DNA of 63,974 nt, counting the filler. It is 4 parts of 4 records of this genome, joined end to end, with 100 filler letters (N's around TTAATTAATTAA, not from the genome) between each part and the next. Parts side by side here need not be neighbours in the genome. Positions count along the whole stretch, not along the records: positions 30,309 to 40,084 come from SRR20825010_5160; positions 40,185 to 58,927 come from SRR20825010_5175; 2 more parts are not named here. The stretch is one strand, 5' to 3'. A program made the position numbers and the translations under genes. Positions within the stretch are counted from its first letter, which is position 1, and each line of letters starts with the position of its first letter. This document shows positions 33,512-43,419 of this stretch, one piece after another. The notes beneath the pieces were generated by a model. That model saw nothing but the letters and a program-made list of their open reading frames with translations. It had not been told where the DNA came from and searched no databases.

Positions 33512-34326
33512 TGCCGGTCATCGAACAGGACGGAACACAGATCTGGAAACGCCGCTCCAGACGCGACAGCCTGCTGCGTTGGTTTGGCTGGCTCTTGGGT
33601 GTCGCGGTCTTCATGATCTGCTGGCAGCGCATCTCTGATGCCACCACATGGTTTTTCGTCTGGGATGCGCCGCGCATCGCAAACGACATCTGGACCCGCG
33701 CTACGCCGCCTCGCTGGGAATACATCACCCAGCTTGGCCGCCCGATCTGGGACACGTTGAACATCGCCACCCTTGGCACGATCATTGCACTGTTCCTGTC
33801 GGTTCCGGTGGCCTTTCTGGCGGCGCGCAACACAACCCCGTCGCGGGTGTTTGTCCGCCCCATCGCCCTGCTGATCATCGTCTCGACCCGGTCGATCAAT
33901 TCGCTGATCTGGGCGCTATTGCTGATCGCCATAATCGGTCCCGGCGTGTTTGCCGGTGTCGTGGCTATCGCGATCCGATCCATCGGGTTCTGCGCAAAGC
34001 TGCTGTATGAGGCGATCGAAGAGATCGACCATGGACAGGTCGAGGCGATCACCGCCACGGGTGCGTCGCGCTGGCAGGTCATGGCCTATGGGATCGTGCC
34101 ACAGATTATGCCCGCCTTTGCCGGTGTGGCGGTCTTTCGGTGGGACATCAACATCCGGGAATCGACGGTTCTGGGGCTGGTCGGCGCGGGCGGCATCGGG
34201 CTGCAACTGTCGTCGTCGCTGAACGTGCTCGCCTGGCCGCAGGTCAGCCTGATCCTACTTGTGATCCTTGCAGCCGTTGTCATCAGTGAATGGGTATCGG
34301 CCAAGGTCCGGGGCGCCATCATATGA
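33511..34326 (+). CDS. phnE: PhnE-like ABC permease
   Basis: [37 protein letters not shown]. Confidence 0.9.
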   Translation: MPVIEQDGTQIWKRRSRRDSLLRWFGWLLGVAVFMICWQRISDATTWFFVWDAPRIANDIWTRATPPRWEYITQLGRPIWDTLNIATLGTIIALFLSVPVAFLAARNTTPSRVFVRPIALLIIVSTRSINSLIWALLLIAIIGPGVFAGVVAIAIRSIGFCAKLLYEAIEEIDHGQVEAITATGASRWQVMAYGIVPQIMPAFAGVAVFRWDINIRESTVLGLVGAGGIGLQLSSSLNVLAWPQVSLILLVILAAVVISEWVSAKVRGAII

Positions 34327-35228
34327 TCAGCCTGACCGCGGACGAGGCCTTTGCGGCTTATGAGGCGGTCAGGCATCGTCTCCCAAAGGCGGTGGTGCCA
34401 CACAGCCCTCCCCGGCATGTGGCGACACTGGCCGAGATCGCGGATGCGTTTGACGTCTTTCTGTTGGATGCCTTCGGCGTTCTGAATATCGGCGAAACGG
34501 CAATTCCCGGCACCGCCGGGCGTATCGCGGATCTGCGGGCGGCGGGCAAAACCGTCTCTGTTGTCTCGAACGCCGCCAGCCTGCCTGCACCGAAACTGTT
34601 GAAGAAATACCGGCAACTGGGATTTCAATTCGACCTGACCGACATCGTGACAAGCCGCATGGCGCTGGCCGTCGCAATATCCGAACATCATGACCTGCGG
34701 TGGGGCGTCATGGCCCCGGACGGGTCGCTCTTTGACGATCTTGGCGCAATGGACCTTGTCCTGCTGGGGGATGACCCGCGCACCTTCGATGAGGTTGAGG
34801 GCTTTGTGCTGATGGGCAGCGGTGCGTGGACCCCGCTTCGACAGTCGCTGCTTGAAAACGCGCTGCGCGCACAGCCACGGACAGTTCTGGTTGCAAACCC
34901 GGATATCGTTGCACCGCGCGAACACGGTTTTTCGCAGGAACCCGGCTTTTTCGCACATCAGTTGGCAGACCGCGTCGGAATCGATCCGGTGTTTTTCGGC
35001 AAACCCTTTCCCAGCGTGTTTGATCTGGCCCTTTCCCGTTTGGGCACGGTCGACAAGTCGCGGGTCATTATGGTTGGCGACAGTCTGCACACCGATATTC
35101 TGGGCGCACAGACCAGCGGCATCAGCTCTGCCTTGATCTCTGACTACGGATTCTTTGCCGGAATGGACGTCGAAAACGCCATGCGACGCGCTGACATCTA
35201 TCCCGACTTCGTTGTGTCCCGGCCCTGA
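34323..35228 (+). CDS. HAD-superfamily subfamily IIA hydrolase
   Basis: FLLDAFGVL, VVSN, ANPD, GKP, MVGDSLHTDILGA; ATGA overlap with permease. Confidence 0.9.
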   Translation: MISLTADEAFAAYEAVRHRLPKAVVPHSPPRHVATLAEIADAFDVFLLDAFGVLNIGETAIPGTAGRIADLRAAGKTVSVVSNAASLPAPKLLKKYRQLGFQFDLTDIVTSRMALAVAISEHHDLRWGVMAPDGSLFDDLGAMDLVLLGDDPRTFDEVEGFVLMGSGAWTPLRQSLLENALRAQPRTVLVANPDIVAPREHGFSQEPGFFAHQLADRVGIDPVFFGKPFPSVFDLALSRLGTVDKSRVIMVGDSLHTDILGAQTSGISSALISDYGFFAGMDVENAMRRADIYPDFVVSRP

Positions 35229-35296
35229 CCGTTCAAAAGATGTGACGCATTTCGGGGGCAGGTGTCACATTTTGATGGTCGCTGTAGTCCCTGAAT

Positions 35297-35902
35297 CTAC
35301 CCTCGTTTGCGCAGCAGGTGTTTCCAGGCCTTTAGATCAATGATCACCTTTGCTGTTGCCACAATAGCCAATAGGCACAGCACCGTTTTTGAAACCGTGC
35401 CCATCGTTCCCTGAATCAGGATCGCATGCACCGCACTGGTCGCGACGACAATGCCGACAACACTTGTGTGCGCAATGCGCCAGACCCGCAGGCCCAACCG
35501 GCGACGGACCAGCGACAGGAACGCCGCCGCGAAAACGCCCCACATTGCGATCACTCCCCAAAGCGAAAAGGGCGTTGGCGATCTGACCAACAGGACGTCA
35601 ATCACGTCAGGCGGGCTGGTGATCCACAGGCCCGCCACATGGACAATCACCGCAAGGACCAGTCCCGCGCCAACGATGCGGTGAACACGACGCCCCCGCC
35701 GGGCAGGCAGGCCGGGAAGGTAGCCACCGGCAAGCAGCGGTTGGACCAGCAGCAACGCCATCGCAAACACCCCGGCGAACCCCGCTGCGATATAGACAGG
35801 CTCACGCCATGCCAACAGCGGACTGCGGACTGCGACAGCAATCGGCACGATCACGGCAAGCGTGAGCGCCAGCCAGATCAGCGTCGACGTTGCAGGCTTC
35901 AC
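35297..35902 (-). CDS. Ferric-reductase-like transmembrane domain protein
   Basis: About 6 TM segments with two His pairs (H.IVG..L.L.V.VH; WRIAH......V..S.VH). Confidence 0.75.
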   Translation of the reverse strand: MKPATSTLIWLALTLAVIVPIAVAVRSPLLAWREPVYIAAGFAGVFAMALLLVQPLLAGGYLPGLPARRGRRVHRIVGAGLVLAVIVHVAGLWITSPPDVIDVLLVRSPTPFSLWGVIAMWGVFAAAFLSLVRRRLGLRVWRIAHTSVVGIVVATSAVHAILIQGTMGTVSKTVLCLLAIVATAKVIIDLKAWKHLLRKRG

Positions 35903-35907
35903 TGCCT

Positions 35908-36396
35908 TCAGACGGGTTTAAGGACGAAATCCGCGCTCAGGGATGTGTCCCCGGCGCGCCGCATCACCGGACGCAGAAAGACGGATTCAAAGTCATCTCC
36001 GTCATAGGCAACGTGGCCATGCGGTTGACCAAAGGCCGGGATGATCTGCGGCATCTCAAGGCGGAAAACGCCGTTGGCATCGGTCAAGGTCGCACCATGG
36101 CTGTGCGGATCGCGCTCATGCCCCTCAGTCGTATGCGCCCAGATCTGGATACGCTGGCCTGCCAGAGGCGCACCATCCCCCGCGCGCCGTACCGTCCCTG
36201 ACATCAAAAAGCCCCCGCCGCCAATACGCTCGACGATCGGCGCGCCGGGAAGATAGTTATTGGCACCGGCACGCATCGAAGGGGTCGGCGCAATGCCCTG
36301 CGCCAGAGCGGGCGCAAAGAGGCCAGACGCCCCCGTGGCCACCAGCGATGCTGTGGCGGTCAGGACTGTGCGGCGGTTCAGCAAGGACAAGCTCAT
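35908..36396 (-). CDS. Tat-exported intradiol-dioxygenase-fold protein
   Basis: NRRTVL Tat motif; GTV....G.PL.G..IQIW, TDANG.F, PHGH. Confidence 0.75.
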   Translation of the reverse strand: MSLSLLNRRTVLTATASLVATGASGLFAPALAQGIAPTPSMRAGANNYLPGAPIVERIGGGGFLMSGTVRRAGDGAPLAGQRIQIWAHTTEGHERDPHSHGATLTDANGVFRLEMPQIIPAFGQPHGHVAYDGDDFESVFLRPVMRRAGDTSLSADFVLKPV

Positions 36397-36643
36397 GTCG
36401 GTTTCTCCTGCGAGGCAAGGATCATTCAGGTGACATGCAGGGCCGGACCGGTCGATCCAATAAGCCTGACCTCTGCACGCATGAGCTTAAGATAGTGGTT
36501 TCCGGCGGCGGGGCGAAGCAGCCCCACAGCTTCGTGAACGCGTCCCACGTCGGATCCCCGTGGTGCCGATCCTTATCAATTCGGTGATATAGTCGCTGAC
36601 CCGCCCCGAGCAAACAAACCTTGTTAGCCCGGGGCAAGCTGTA

Positions 36644-38485
36644 TCAGACGATCAAGAAATCGTCGGCCCCGATGGTAGGCAAAGACGACAACTGGGCAAA
36701 GGCCACGGCTTCGGCATCGCCGCTGCCATCGCTGTCGTAGTAGACCTTACCGGTACCGGTCTCATAGATGATGCGCTGGTCTGCGGTGGTGGCAACGCCG
36801 TCGACGTTCGCGACAAACATGCCAGCATCCAGCGCGCCGCTGGTCAGCCCGGTGAACACCGCGCTGTCCAGAACCATCACGTCCTCGCCAGCGACAAAAT
36901 CAAGGATCCGGTCCTCGTTTGCGGGATCAAGCGGCGAATTGAAGACAAAGCTATCCGCATCGTCGCCACCGCGCAGGACGTCCTTGCCCTCGCCGCCATT
37001 GATCGTGTCCATCCCGTCATATCCGTACAGGATGTTCCGGCCAGCGTTGCCGATCAGCATGTCATCGTGGTTCGAGGCGTAGACATGCTCGAAACCTGAA
37101 ATCACATCGCCTTCGGCGTCACCGCCAGAGGCCTGTTGCTTACCAAAGGCATCCGCGTTGAGGTCCACCGTAACGCCACCGGAAGAATCCGTGTATTGCA
37201 GGACGTCGGACCCGCTGCCGCCCTCCATGGTATCGGCACCTTCGCCGCCCCGGATCGTGTCATTGCTCGCCCCGCCGTCGATCACATCATCGCCGTCAAA
37301 GCCAAGGATGTAGTTCTTGCCTGCATCGCCGGTCAGGTCATCGCCGAAATCAGATCCTTGGATGTTCTCGAAACCGGACAGAACGTCGCCTTCGCCGTCG
37401 CCACCAGAGGCCGACTGAAAACCGTCCAGGCCAACCGTCAGGTTGACCGTGACGCCAGCCGCAGAGCCAAGGTATCTGACCCAGTCGTTCCCGTTGCCAC
37501 CGTCCAGTGTATCGGCACCCATTCCGCCGCGCAGAACGTCGTCTCCATCCATGCCGTTGATGATGTCATCGCCGTCATAGCCGAACAGAATGTTGCGCCC
37601 AGCGTTGCCGGTGATCACGTCAGCATGATCCGACGCATAGACATTCTCAAAGTTGGAGATGACGTCGCCCTCTGCATCGCCACCCGATGCCTGCTGGAAT
37701 CCGGCTCTGTCCTCATTCAGGTCGACCGTGACGCCGGCGGTTGAGCCGACGTAATACAGGACGTCCTCATCCGCGCCGCCGTCCAGAGTATCCGCGCCCG
37801 CGCCGCCAGAGATGGTGTCATCGCCCGCGTCGCCGCTGATCACATCGTTGCCACCCTGACCGTCAAGGCTGTCGTCGCCAGCCAGCCCCAAAATCAGGTT
37901 CATTCCCCGGTCACCGACAAGGGTATCGTCCTGTGGAGTTCCTGTAACATTGTCGATCACGTCCGCGATATCGACATTCATCGACCCAAGGTCGATCAGG
38001 TCACCATCGACAGCGGCGCGCAGCGAAATCACCGCCACATCATCACCAAAGACGTCCTGAGCACCCGTGTATGTCACCGCGTCGCCGTCGCTTAGGAAAT
38101 CCGTGATGTCATCGCGTGTACCTGTCAGGTATAGCGTGCCGGACCCGCCGCCAGTCACCGTGACATCCTGCGTTGCAGTGGCATCAAGCGTCCCGTCCGC
38201 GACCTTGAATTCCAGCGTCATGATTTCGGACTTCTTGGCGATGCTGTTGAACTTGATGTCCGAGATATCGACGTTCCCGGCGGAATCTTCGTCAAACAAC
38301 AAGTCTGTTGGCAGCTTCTTGGATATGGATTTCTTCGTCTTGTCCGTCGTTTCCTGCTGAAAGATCTGCAACCATTGGCCGCCAGGGCTTGCCTGTTGGC
38401 AGTCAGCCCAGTCGAAACCGAGGCCGAAGTTCAAATTGGTATGGTTGCCTGACAAACAATTGGCAAAGTAAGAGAACGAAAACAT
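36644..38485 (-). CDS. RTX/hemolysin-type Ca-binding repeat protein (probable T1SS substrate)
   Basis: Many GGxGxD nonapeptides, three ~95-aa internal repeats, C-terminal YDSDGSG...DFLIV; start after AGGAAAGG. Confidence 0.9.
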   Translation of the reverse strand: MFSFSYFANCLSGNHTNLNFGLGFDWADCQQASPGGQWLQIFQQETTDKTKKSISKKLPTDLLFDEDSAGNVDISDIKFNSIAKKSEIMTLEFKVADGTLDATATQDVTVTGGGSGTLYLTGTRDDITDFLSDGDAVTYTGAQDVFGDDVAVISLRAAVDGDLIDLGSMNVDIADVIDNVTGTPQDDTLVGDRGMNLILGLAGDDSLDGQGGNDVISGDAGDDTISGGAGADTLDGGADEDVLYYVGSTAGVTVDLNEDRAGFQQASGGDAEGDVISNFENVYASDHADVITGNAGRNILFGYDGDDIINGMDGDDVLRGGMGADTLDGGNGNDWVRYLGSAAGVTVNLTVGLDGFQSASGGDGEGDVLSGFENIQGSDFGDDLTGDAGKNYILGFDGDDVIDGGASNDTIRGGEGADTMEGGSGSDVLQYTDSSGGVTVDLNADAFGKQQASGGDAEGDVISGFEHVYASNHDDMLIGNAGRNILYGYDGMDTINGGEGKDVLRGGDDADSFVFNSPLDPANEDRILDFVAGEDVMVLDSAVFTGLTSGALDAGMFVANVDGVATTADQRIIYETGTGKVYYDSDGSGDAEAVAFAQLSSLPTIGADDFLIV

Positions 38486-38621
38486 GACGTGCCTTTCCTG
38501 ATTGTGGACCCACGGGTGGCCGGCGATGGTCGGACAGGGGTGGGAGATGGTGCAGAAAGAGCACACAAACCCCGATCTGACCGGCCGGATCAAGCGGCGT
38601 GTCCGAACGTCGGATTCCTTA

Positions 38622-38637
38622 TTAAGCTTTCATTAAC
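38622..38637. promoter_or_regulatory. CtrA-type binding site
   Basis: TTAA-GCTTTCA-TTAAC, exact TTAA-N7-TTAAC. Confidence 0.7.
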
Positions 38638-38850
38638 CTTGAGATTGTGTTTGGCTTATGGAGCGATTTGGGAATATGTGGGGCTGTTGCGTGGCCCTGC
38701 CCCTAGACGTTGAGGTGTCCAGCCGGCCATCGGCGGCCCAAACACCGTCAAATCCCGCACACTGTCCCATCACTGGAAACATTTCCGCATTGATGCCTTC
38801 AATGTTTCTACGGTGGCCCCAATTTTCGCCACATTTGCTGTTCATCTTCA

Positions 38851-38865
38851 TTAACAGAACGTTAA
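38851..38865. promoter_or_regulatory. CtrA-type binding site
   Basis: TTAA-CAGAACG-TTAA, 13 nt before ATG 38879. Confidence 0.65.
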
Positions 38866-38878
38866 GGGATGAAGTCTC

Positions 38879-40084
38879 ATGGTCTCCACAACACTGCAGA
38901 ACGCCCGCCTTGACCGGCGCGCACGGGTTACACGGATCGAACCGGCGATCCATCTTGTGGCGGACAATACCCCGTCAAAGGCCGCTTTCGAAAACATCGC
39001 CATCATCGGGCTGGGCTATGTCGGCCTGCCGCTGGCGGTGCGATTGGCTGGAAAGTTCGAACGGGTTCAGGGTCTTGATATCTCCACGCGCCGCGTGGAT
39101 GAAATCAGACGCGGCTTTGACGCATCCAACGAAGTCGATGAAGTCCTGCTGCGCCACTGCGGCCTGCGTGCAAGCACGCACGGTGCAGAGATCGCCGACG
39201 CGTCCTTTTACATCGTCACCGTCCCGACACCGATCAACGACGCCCGCCAACCCGATCTGACGCCGCTGATTTCCGCATGCCAGACCGTCGGTCAGCACCT
39301 GAAAAAAGGCGATGTGGTGGTCTTTGAATCGACCGTCTATCCCGGCGCCACCGAAGAAATCTGCGCCCCGATCCTCGAAGATCTGTCCGGCCTCAAGATG
39401 GGAGACGGTTTTGGCCTGGCCTACAGCCCCGAGCGGATCAATCCTGGCGACAAGGTCAACACTGTCACGAATGTGGTCAAGGTCATCTCTGGCGATTCAG
39501 AGGCAACGCTGAATCGGGTCCGCGCCGTCTATGAGACCGTAATTGACGCGGGCCTGCACGCCGCGCCGACCATCAAGGTCGCCGAGGCGTCAAAGGTTCT
39601 TGAGAACACCCAGCGCGACATCAACATCGCGTTAATGAACGAAATGTCGATGATCTGTGACAAGATCGGCGTCAACACCCATGACGTGATCGAGGCCGCC
39701 GCAACCAAGTGGAACTTTGTCCGCATGACCCCCGGCCTTGTGGGCGGGCACTGCATCGGGGTCGATCCCTACTATCTGGCGACACTGGCGGAAAAAGTCG
39801 GCCACACGCCACAGCTGATCATGGCCGGGCGGCGCACAAATGAGGCGATGGTGCGCCACACAGCAGATGCGGCGCTGCGCTTTTTGCTCAAACAGGGTGG
39901 GGCAATCGCGGGCAAACGTGTTGCCATCTGCGGCGTCACCTTCAAGGAGGACGTGCCGGACATGCGCAACTCCAAGGCGCTGGACCTGATCACGATGCTG
40001 CGCGGCTACGGGATCGAAATGCTGGTGCATGATCCGCACTGCGATCAGGACGAAGCCGAGGCTTATGGCCTGACGCTGTGTGAC
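38879..40084 (+). CDS. Nucleotide-sugar dehydrogenase (WecC/TviB-like), 3'-truncated at contig end
   Basis: IGLGYVGLP, VPTP, ESTVYPG.TE, YSPERINPG, K.LEN.QRD.NIA, PGLVGGHCIGVDPYY, FKED.PD.RNS. Confidence 0.94.
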
Positions 40085-40184
40085 NNNNNNNNNNNNNNNN
40101 NNNNNNNNNNNNNNNNNNNNNNNNNNNNTTAATTAATTAANNNNNNNNNNNNNNNNNNNNNNNNNNNNNNNNNNNNNNNNNNNN
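40085..40184. other. Artificial contig linker
   Basis: N44-TTAATTAATTAA-N44. Confidence 0.99.
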
Positions 40185-40187
40185 AAA

Positions 40188-40269
40188 CGGCCCTGACCTG
40201 CCGTTCGCCTCGTGGCCGAGCGCTGCGGTGCAGCTTCACCAGACCGGCCATTCGTCCATCTTGCAGCAT
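40188..40269 (+). repeat. Cassette-boundary repeat, copy A
   Basis: 61/82 identical, ungapped, to 46816-46897 (hand alignment). Confidence 0.8.
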
Positions 40270-40565
40270 ATTCGGCGGGTGGGCGGGTGAAGGTGGGCTG
40301 TACGGGGCATTGTAAGCTTCCGCTGCGCGACGCATGAAGGTCCGTTCCCTTTGGAGCAGTTTGCCCGCAGTATGCATTCGACGGGCCTGCAAAGCGCCTG
40401 CCCCACGAACTGGAGGGCTCACGATGGGTGACTCTGGTCAAAATCAGTTGCCAGTGAGCGATCAGCACAGCAGAGTGCTCACCAGCTACACTCGCTTGGG
40501 AAAGACCGTTAGAGAACTTCTCTGCGCATTGTCGCCTGACGGAGAAACGCTAGAGGTTTGCTTAG

Positions 40566-42395
40566 ATGGCAAGTTTGATTTCCGCCTTGCGCATGTGGAT
40601 CGCCATGGTGGCGATATTGATTATCTGTGTTTCCGCAGGCGCCGCGCAGGGCAATCTCACGGATACTGATTTCAATTTCTCGGTTGTAATGAACAGCAAG
40701 TTCAGCCGAACAAAAAAGGATTCTTACAGGGTCCGAAGTCTCAATGGAGATGTATTCGTGGAGCGCCCGGATAAGGGCTGCACGACAAAAGCAGACGTCG
40801 TCCAAGAAACCGATAGATCCCTGAGCCTTAAGGTAAAGTTCGACAACGGTGCCTGCGGAGACGGTTTTATTACTATTTATCATCGCGAGCGAAACCAGTG
40901 GAGAATGTCATGGGCGGTCCAGAAAGGCGGGACCACTACTTATAGTGCGGAATTTACCTATGACCACGATCCGGAGGCAGTGCGCGTTGCCAATCCGACC
41001 AAGACCTTTTCAGATGGTGTGCTTGGACTCACCCTTGCGGAAGGCCCCCTGCGCCAAGGCATCGGCCCCACCTCTCTGGTTGTCTCAGTTGAAAGTGGCG
41101 GTGTTTCAGACCAAGCAGGAATCCAGGTCGGTGATCTCATCCTGACCGCTCGGATTGCAGGGCCGCCCGATAGTCATATCCGTCATATCAAAGAGTGGCT
41201 AGAGATAGACAGGCCGGTCAACGTTTTGATCGAGCAACCCGATGGTAGCCGCCACAATCGGCGGATCATGCCACCTCCAAAGGAAGTGAACAAGGTGCTC
41301 GTCACCGACGTCAGCGCGATCAACAGGATTTTTTCCGGCGACGGCAAGTCTTTCCTTCGAGACCGGTCTGCGCTCCAGCAGCTCATCGAGCTTGGCGAGG
41401 CACTCGGGATCGATCAGGATGAAATTTCCCAGGCAATAGCCGATGGGCGCCTCAATCCGAGCCTTTCTGATCTCATCCGGGCGTATCTCGAGCTTGACAC
41501 CACGACATGCTCGGATCTCGCTAAGCGCATACGGGCGCGTGAGAAAGTCGGATCGCCGCTGTACAACCGAGCGAATGACTGCGAGTGGATTGCGCTCAAC
41601 GTGGACGAAGTACGTTTTAATGCTTGGAATGCGCGCTTCGGACCGCGCCCGGCTGAGCTCCAAACCCTGCGCATCGACCCCACCGTCGTTGCATACTTCA
41701 ACGCTAACGACGTTCTCGGCAAGCGCTTTCACCAGCTCAGGTGTGACTTCACAACGGCTCTGAGCGAGGTCGCCACTATCCTAGTTGATTGCGTTGGCGT
41801 GCGTCCGACAAATAAACGTAACTTGGTTTACGCACAGGCAAGTGACGCCAGACGCGACGATGTTTTCGGGAGCGCCGACGACCCGACGAGTTACCGCATC
41901 AGATTGATCTCGGATGGCGCATTCGAAACCCTTGAAACTCTGGCCATCGAAGATATGAAATCGCGCCGCCCGCCCGCTGAGCATCTCGTTTCCTATATAG
42001 GTGCTTACCGACCGAACGGTCCGGAACCGCGCTACACGCCCTTGATTGCCAGTTATATCCTGGCGCGGGTGTACCAATATGGTCCCTGCGGCGACCGATT
42101 GGTGCGCCTGACCAAAAGCGTGGAAGACCGGCGGAAGCTGGGCACGCTTTCCGGGTATACCATTAGAGACGATGATTTTTCCTACTCGTTGGATGTCAAT
42201 GTGCCAGCCGCCTTCGCACCAACGGTTGAAAAGATGGCACACCTGCCGATGCCCGGCGAGCCGGGGTGGGGCCGCATCAGGGCAGGACTCGGTGAGGTTC
42301 TGCGTGGGCTTTCCTGTGATAGCGAGGAGCGCCGACGGCTCGAGGCGAACATGCTGGCTTATATCGACAAGAACCCGCCTGAATTTCGTCGCTGA
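40566..42395 (+). CDS. Secreted hypothetical protein with central PDZ-like domain
   Basis: Signal peptide; LGLTL...LVVSVESGG.SDQAGIQVGDLIL; 609-aa open frame. Confidence 0.72.
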   Translation: MASLISALRMWIAMVAILIICVSAGAAQGNLTDTDFNFSVVMNSKFSRTKKDSYRVRSLNGDVFVERPDKGCTTKADVVQETDRSLSLKVKFDNGACGDGFITIYHRERNQWRMSWAVQKGGTTTYSAEFTYDHDPEAVRVANPTKTFSDGVLGLTLAEGPLRQGIGPTSLVVSVESGGVSDQAGIQVGDLILTARIAGPPDSHIRHIKEWLEIDRPVNVLIEQPDGSRHNRRIMPPPKEVNKVLVTDVSAINRIFSGDGKSFLRDRSALQQLIELGEALGIDQDEISQAIADGRLNPSLSDLIRAYLELDTTTCSDLAKRIRAREKVGSPLYNRANDCEWIALNVDEVRFNAWNARFGPRPAELQTLRIDPTVVAYFNANDVLGKRFHQLRCDFTTALSEVATILVDCVGVRPTNKRNLVYAQASDARRDDVFGSADDPTSYRIRLISDGAFETLETLAIEDMKSRRPPAEHLVSYIGAYRPNGPEPRYTPLIASYILARVYQYGPCGDRLVRLTKSVEDRRKLGTLSGYTIRDDDFSYSLDVNVPAAFAPTVEKMAHLPMPGEPGWGRIRAGLGEVLRGLSCDSEERRRLEANMLAYIDKNPPEFRR

Positions 42396-42612
42396 AGGAT
42401 CTATGTCAGAGCAAAAACAAGCGTTCTGTGAAGAAATCCCACCATAACAAGTTGATCCAATTCAGGAATAATCCTCTAGTGGACGTTCGGCCATCCATCC
42501 TATTCCTCTCGTCTATTCGGTTAATGCTTCTTGGAGGTTTTCGCTCTATGCAACTCTTCTTCGCTCCACATCGTGCCGATCATACTCCTTAGCAATAGCT
42601 AGACGACACAAC

Positions 42613-42680
42613 CCGCCCACAGCCGACTTTCGTCGATTGCTCAAGATGCTGCGACTGCATTCCGCTTTGCGGATATTGGC
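42613..42680 (+). repeat. Cassette-boundary repeat, copy B
   Basis: Aligns ungapped with 43002-43069; same two cores 47 nt apart as copies A and D. Confidence 0.7.
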
Positions 42681-42730
42681 TTCCGTTAACATTGCTTCTA
42701 CCATTCACTTGGAATCAAAGAGGTATTCAG

Positions 42731-42996
42731 ATGGAACGCGAACCAAACCTTGTCATTTCCAGCGCCTCGCAACGCATCGTTGAGGATGGGTGCCATTCAA
42801 GGTAGACATCTACAAACTCGAAGGCGGGGACGGTTGGTCACTGGAAGTTGTGACCGAAGACGGGACGTCCATTGTCTGGGACGATCTCTTTGAAGACGAC
42901 CGAGCCGCATTCGAAGAGGCAAAAAGTACCATTCGCAGCGAGGGAGCAGTAGCTTTTGCCATCGGTGGTTCAAACGTCGTCCCCTTCAAACAGTAG
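42731..42996 (+). pseudogene. Small acidic hypothetical protein with apparent 1-nt frameshift near 42790
   Basis: AGAGGT RBS then MEREPNLVISSASQRIVEDG; continues in -1 frame as VPFKVDIYKLE...WSLEVV..DGTSIVWDDLF. Confidence 0.65.
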
Positions 42997-43001
42997 GCGA
43001 A

Positions 43002-43069
43002 CGGCCCATAGCGGGCACTCGGAACTTAATTCAAGTGCCGCAGTTGCAGCCCGCTTTGCCGACTTTCGC
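43002..43069 (+). repeat. Cassette-boundary repeat, copy C
   Basis: Begins 5 nt after stop codon at 42996; aligns with copy B. Confidence 0.7.
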
Positions 43070-43419
43070 TGCCAGTGCTGCGTCTCGACTTGGCACGCTC
43101 CGGTACGACGAGGGAGCGAAAATCGGCGTGCAGCATCCCGGCTTGCGACTTGCGTTCACTGGGTTTGTTCGGCTTTCAGCGCCCGCATTGTTTCTTCTCA
43201 CGCCTGACAAAAAGCAAGGTTTGCTCGTTTGTTCGGAGACGAAGCAGATTTTTGGAAAGCTATTCCGTCGATTTTGAGAAGCCTGCAATTTCGCAATTCA
43301 CGAGAAGGTCGGATCGCCCCTTGCGCTTCGACATCCGTCGGGTCACTAATCACGAGTTCGCACGGCAAGTCTGCGGGATTACTCAGTTTTCCGCCGTAGA
43401 AATTCAACGGTGGCCCCAT

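Noticed and set aside
31902-34326. Phosphonate degradation (C-P lyase) pathway
   Set aside because: Only transporter genes are present; no phnG-M on the contig.
36397-36643. Possible ncRNA or small ORF between the Tat protein and RTX genes
   Set aside because: Only weak hairpins; no recognisable RNA family or coding signal.
43075-43419. 115-aa N-terminal extension of the helicase
   Set aside because: Begins next to repeat C and reads as non-coding; ATG 43420 gives a more plausible start.
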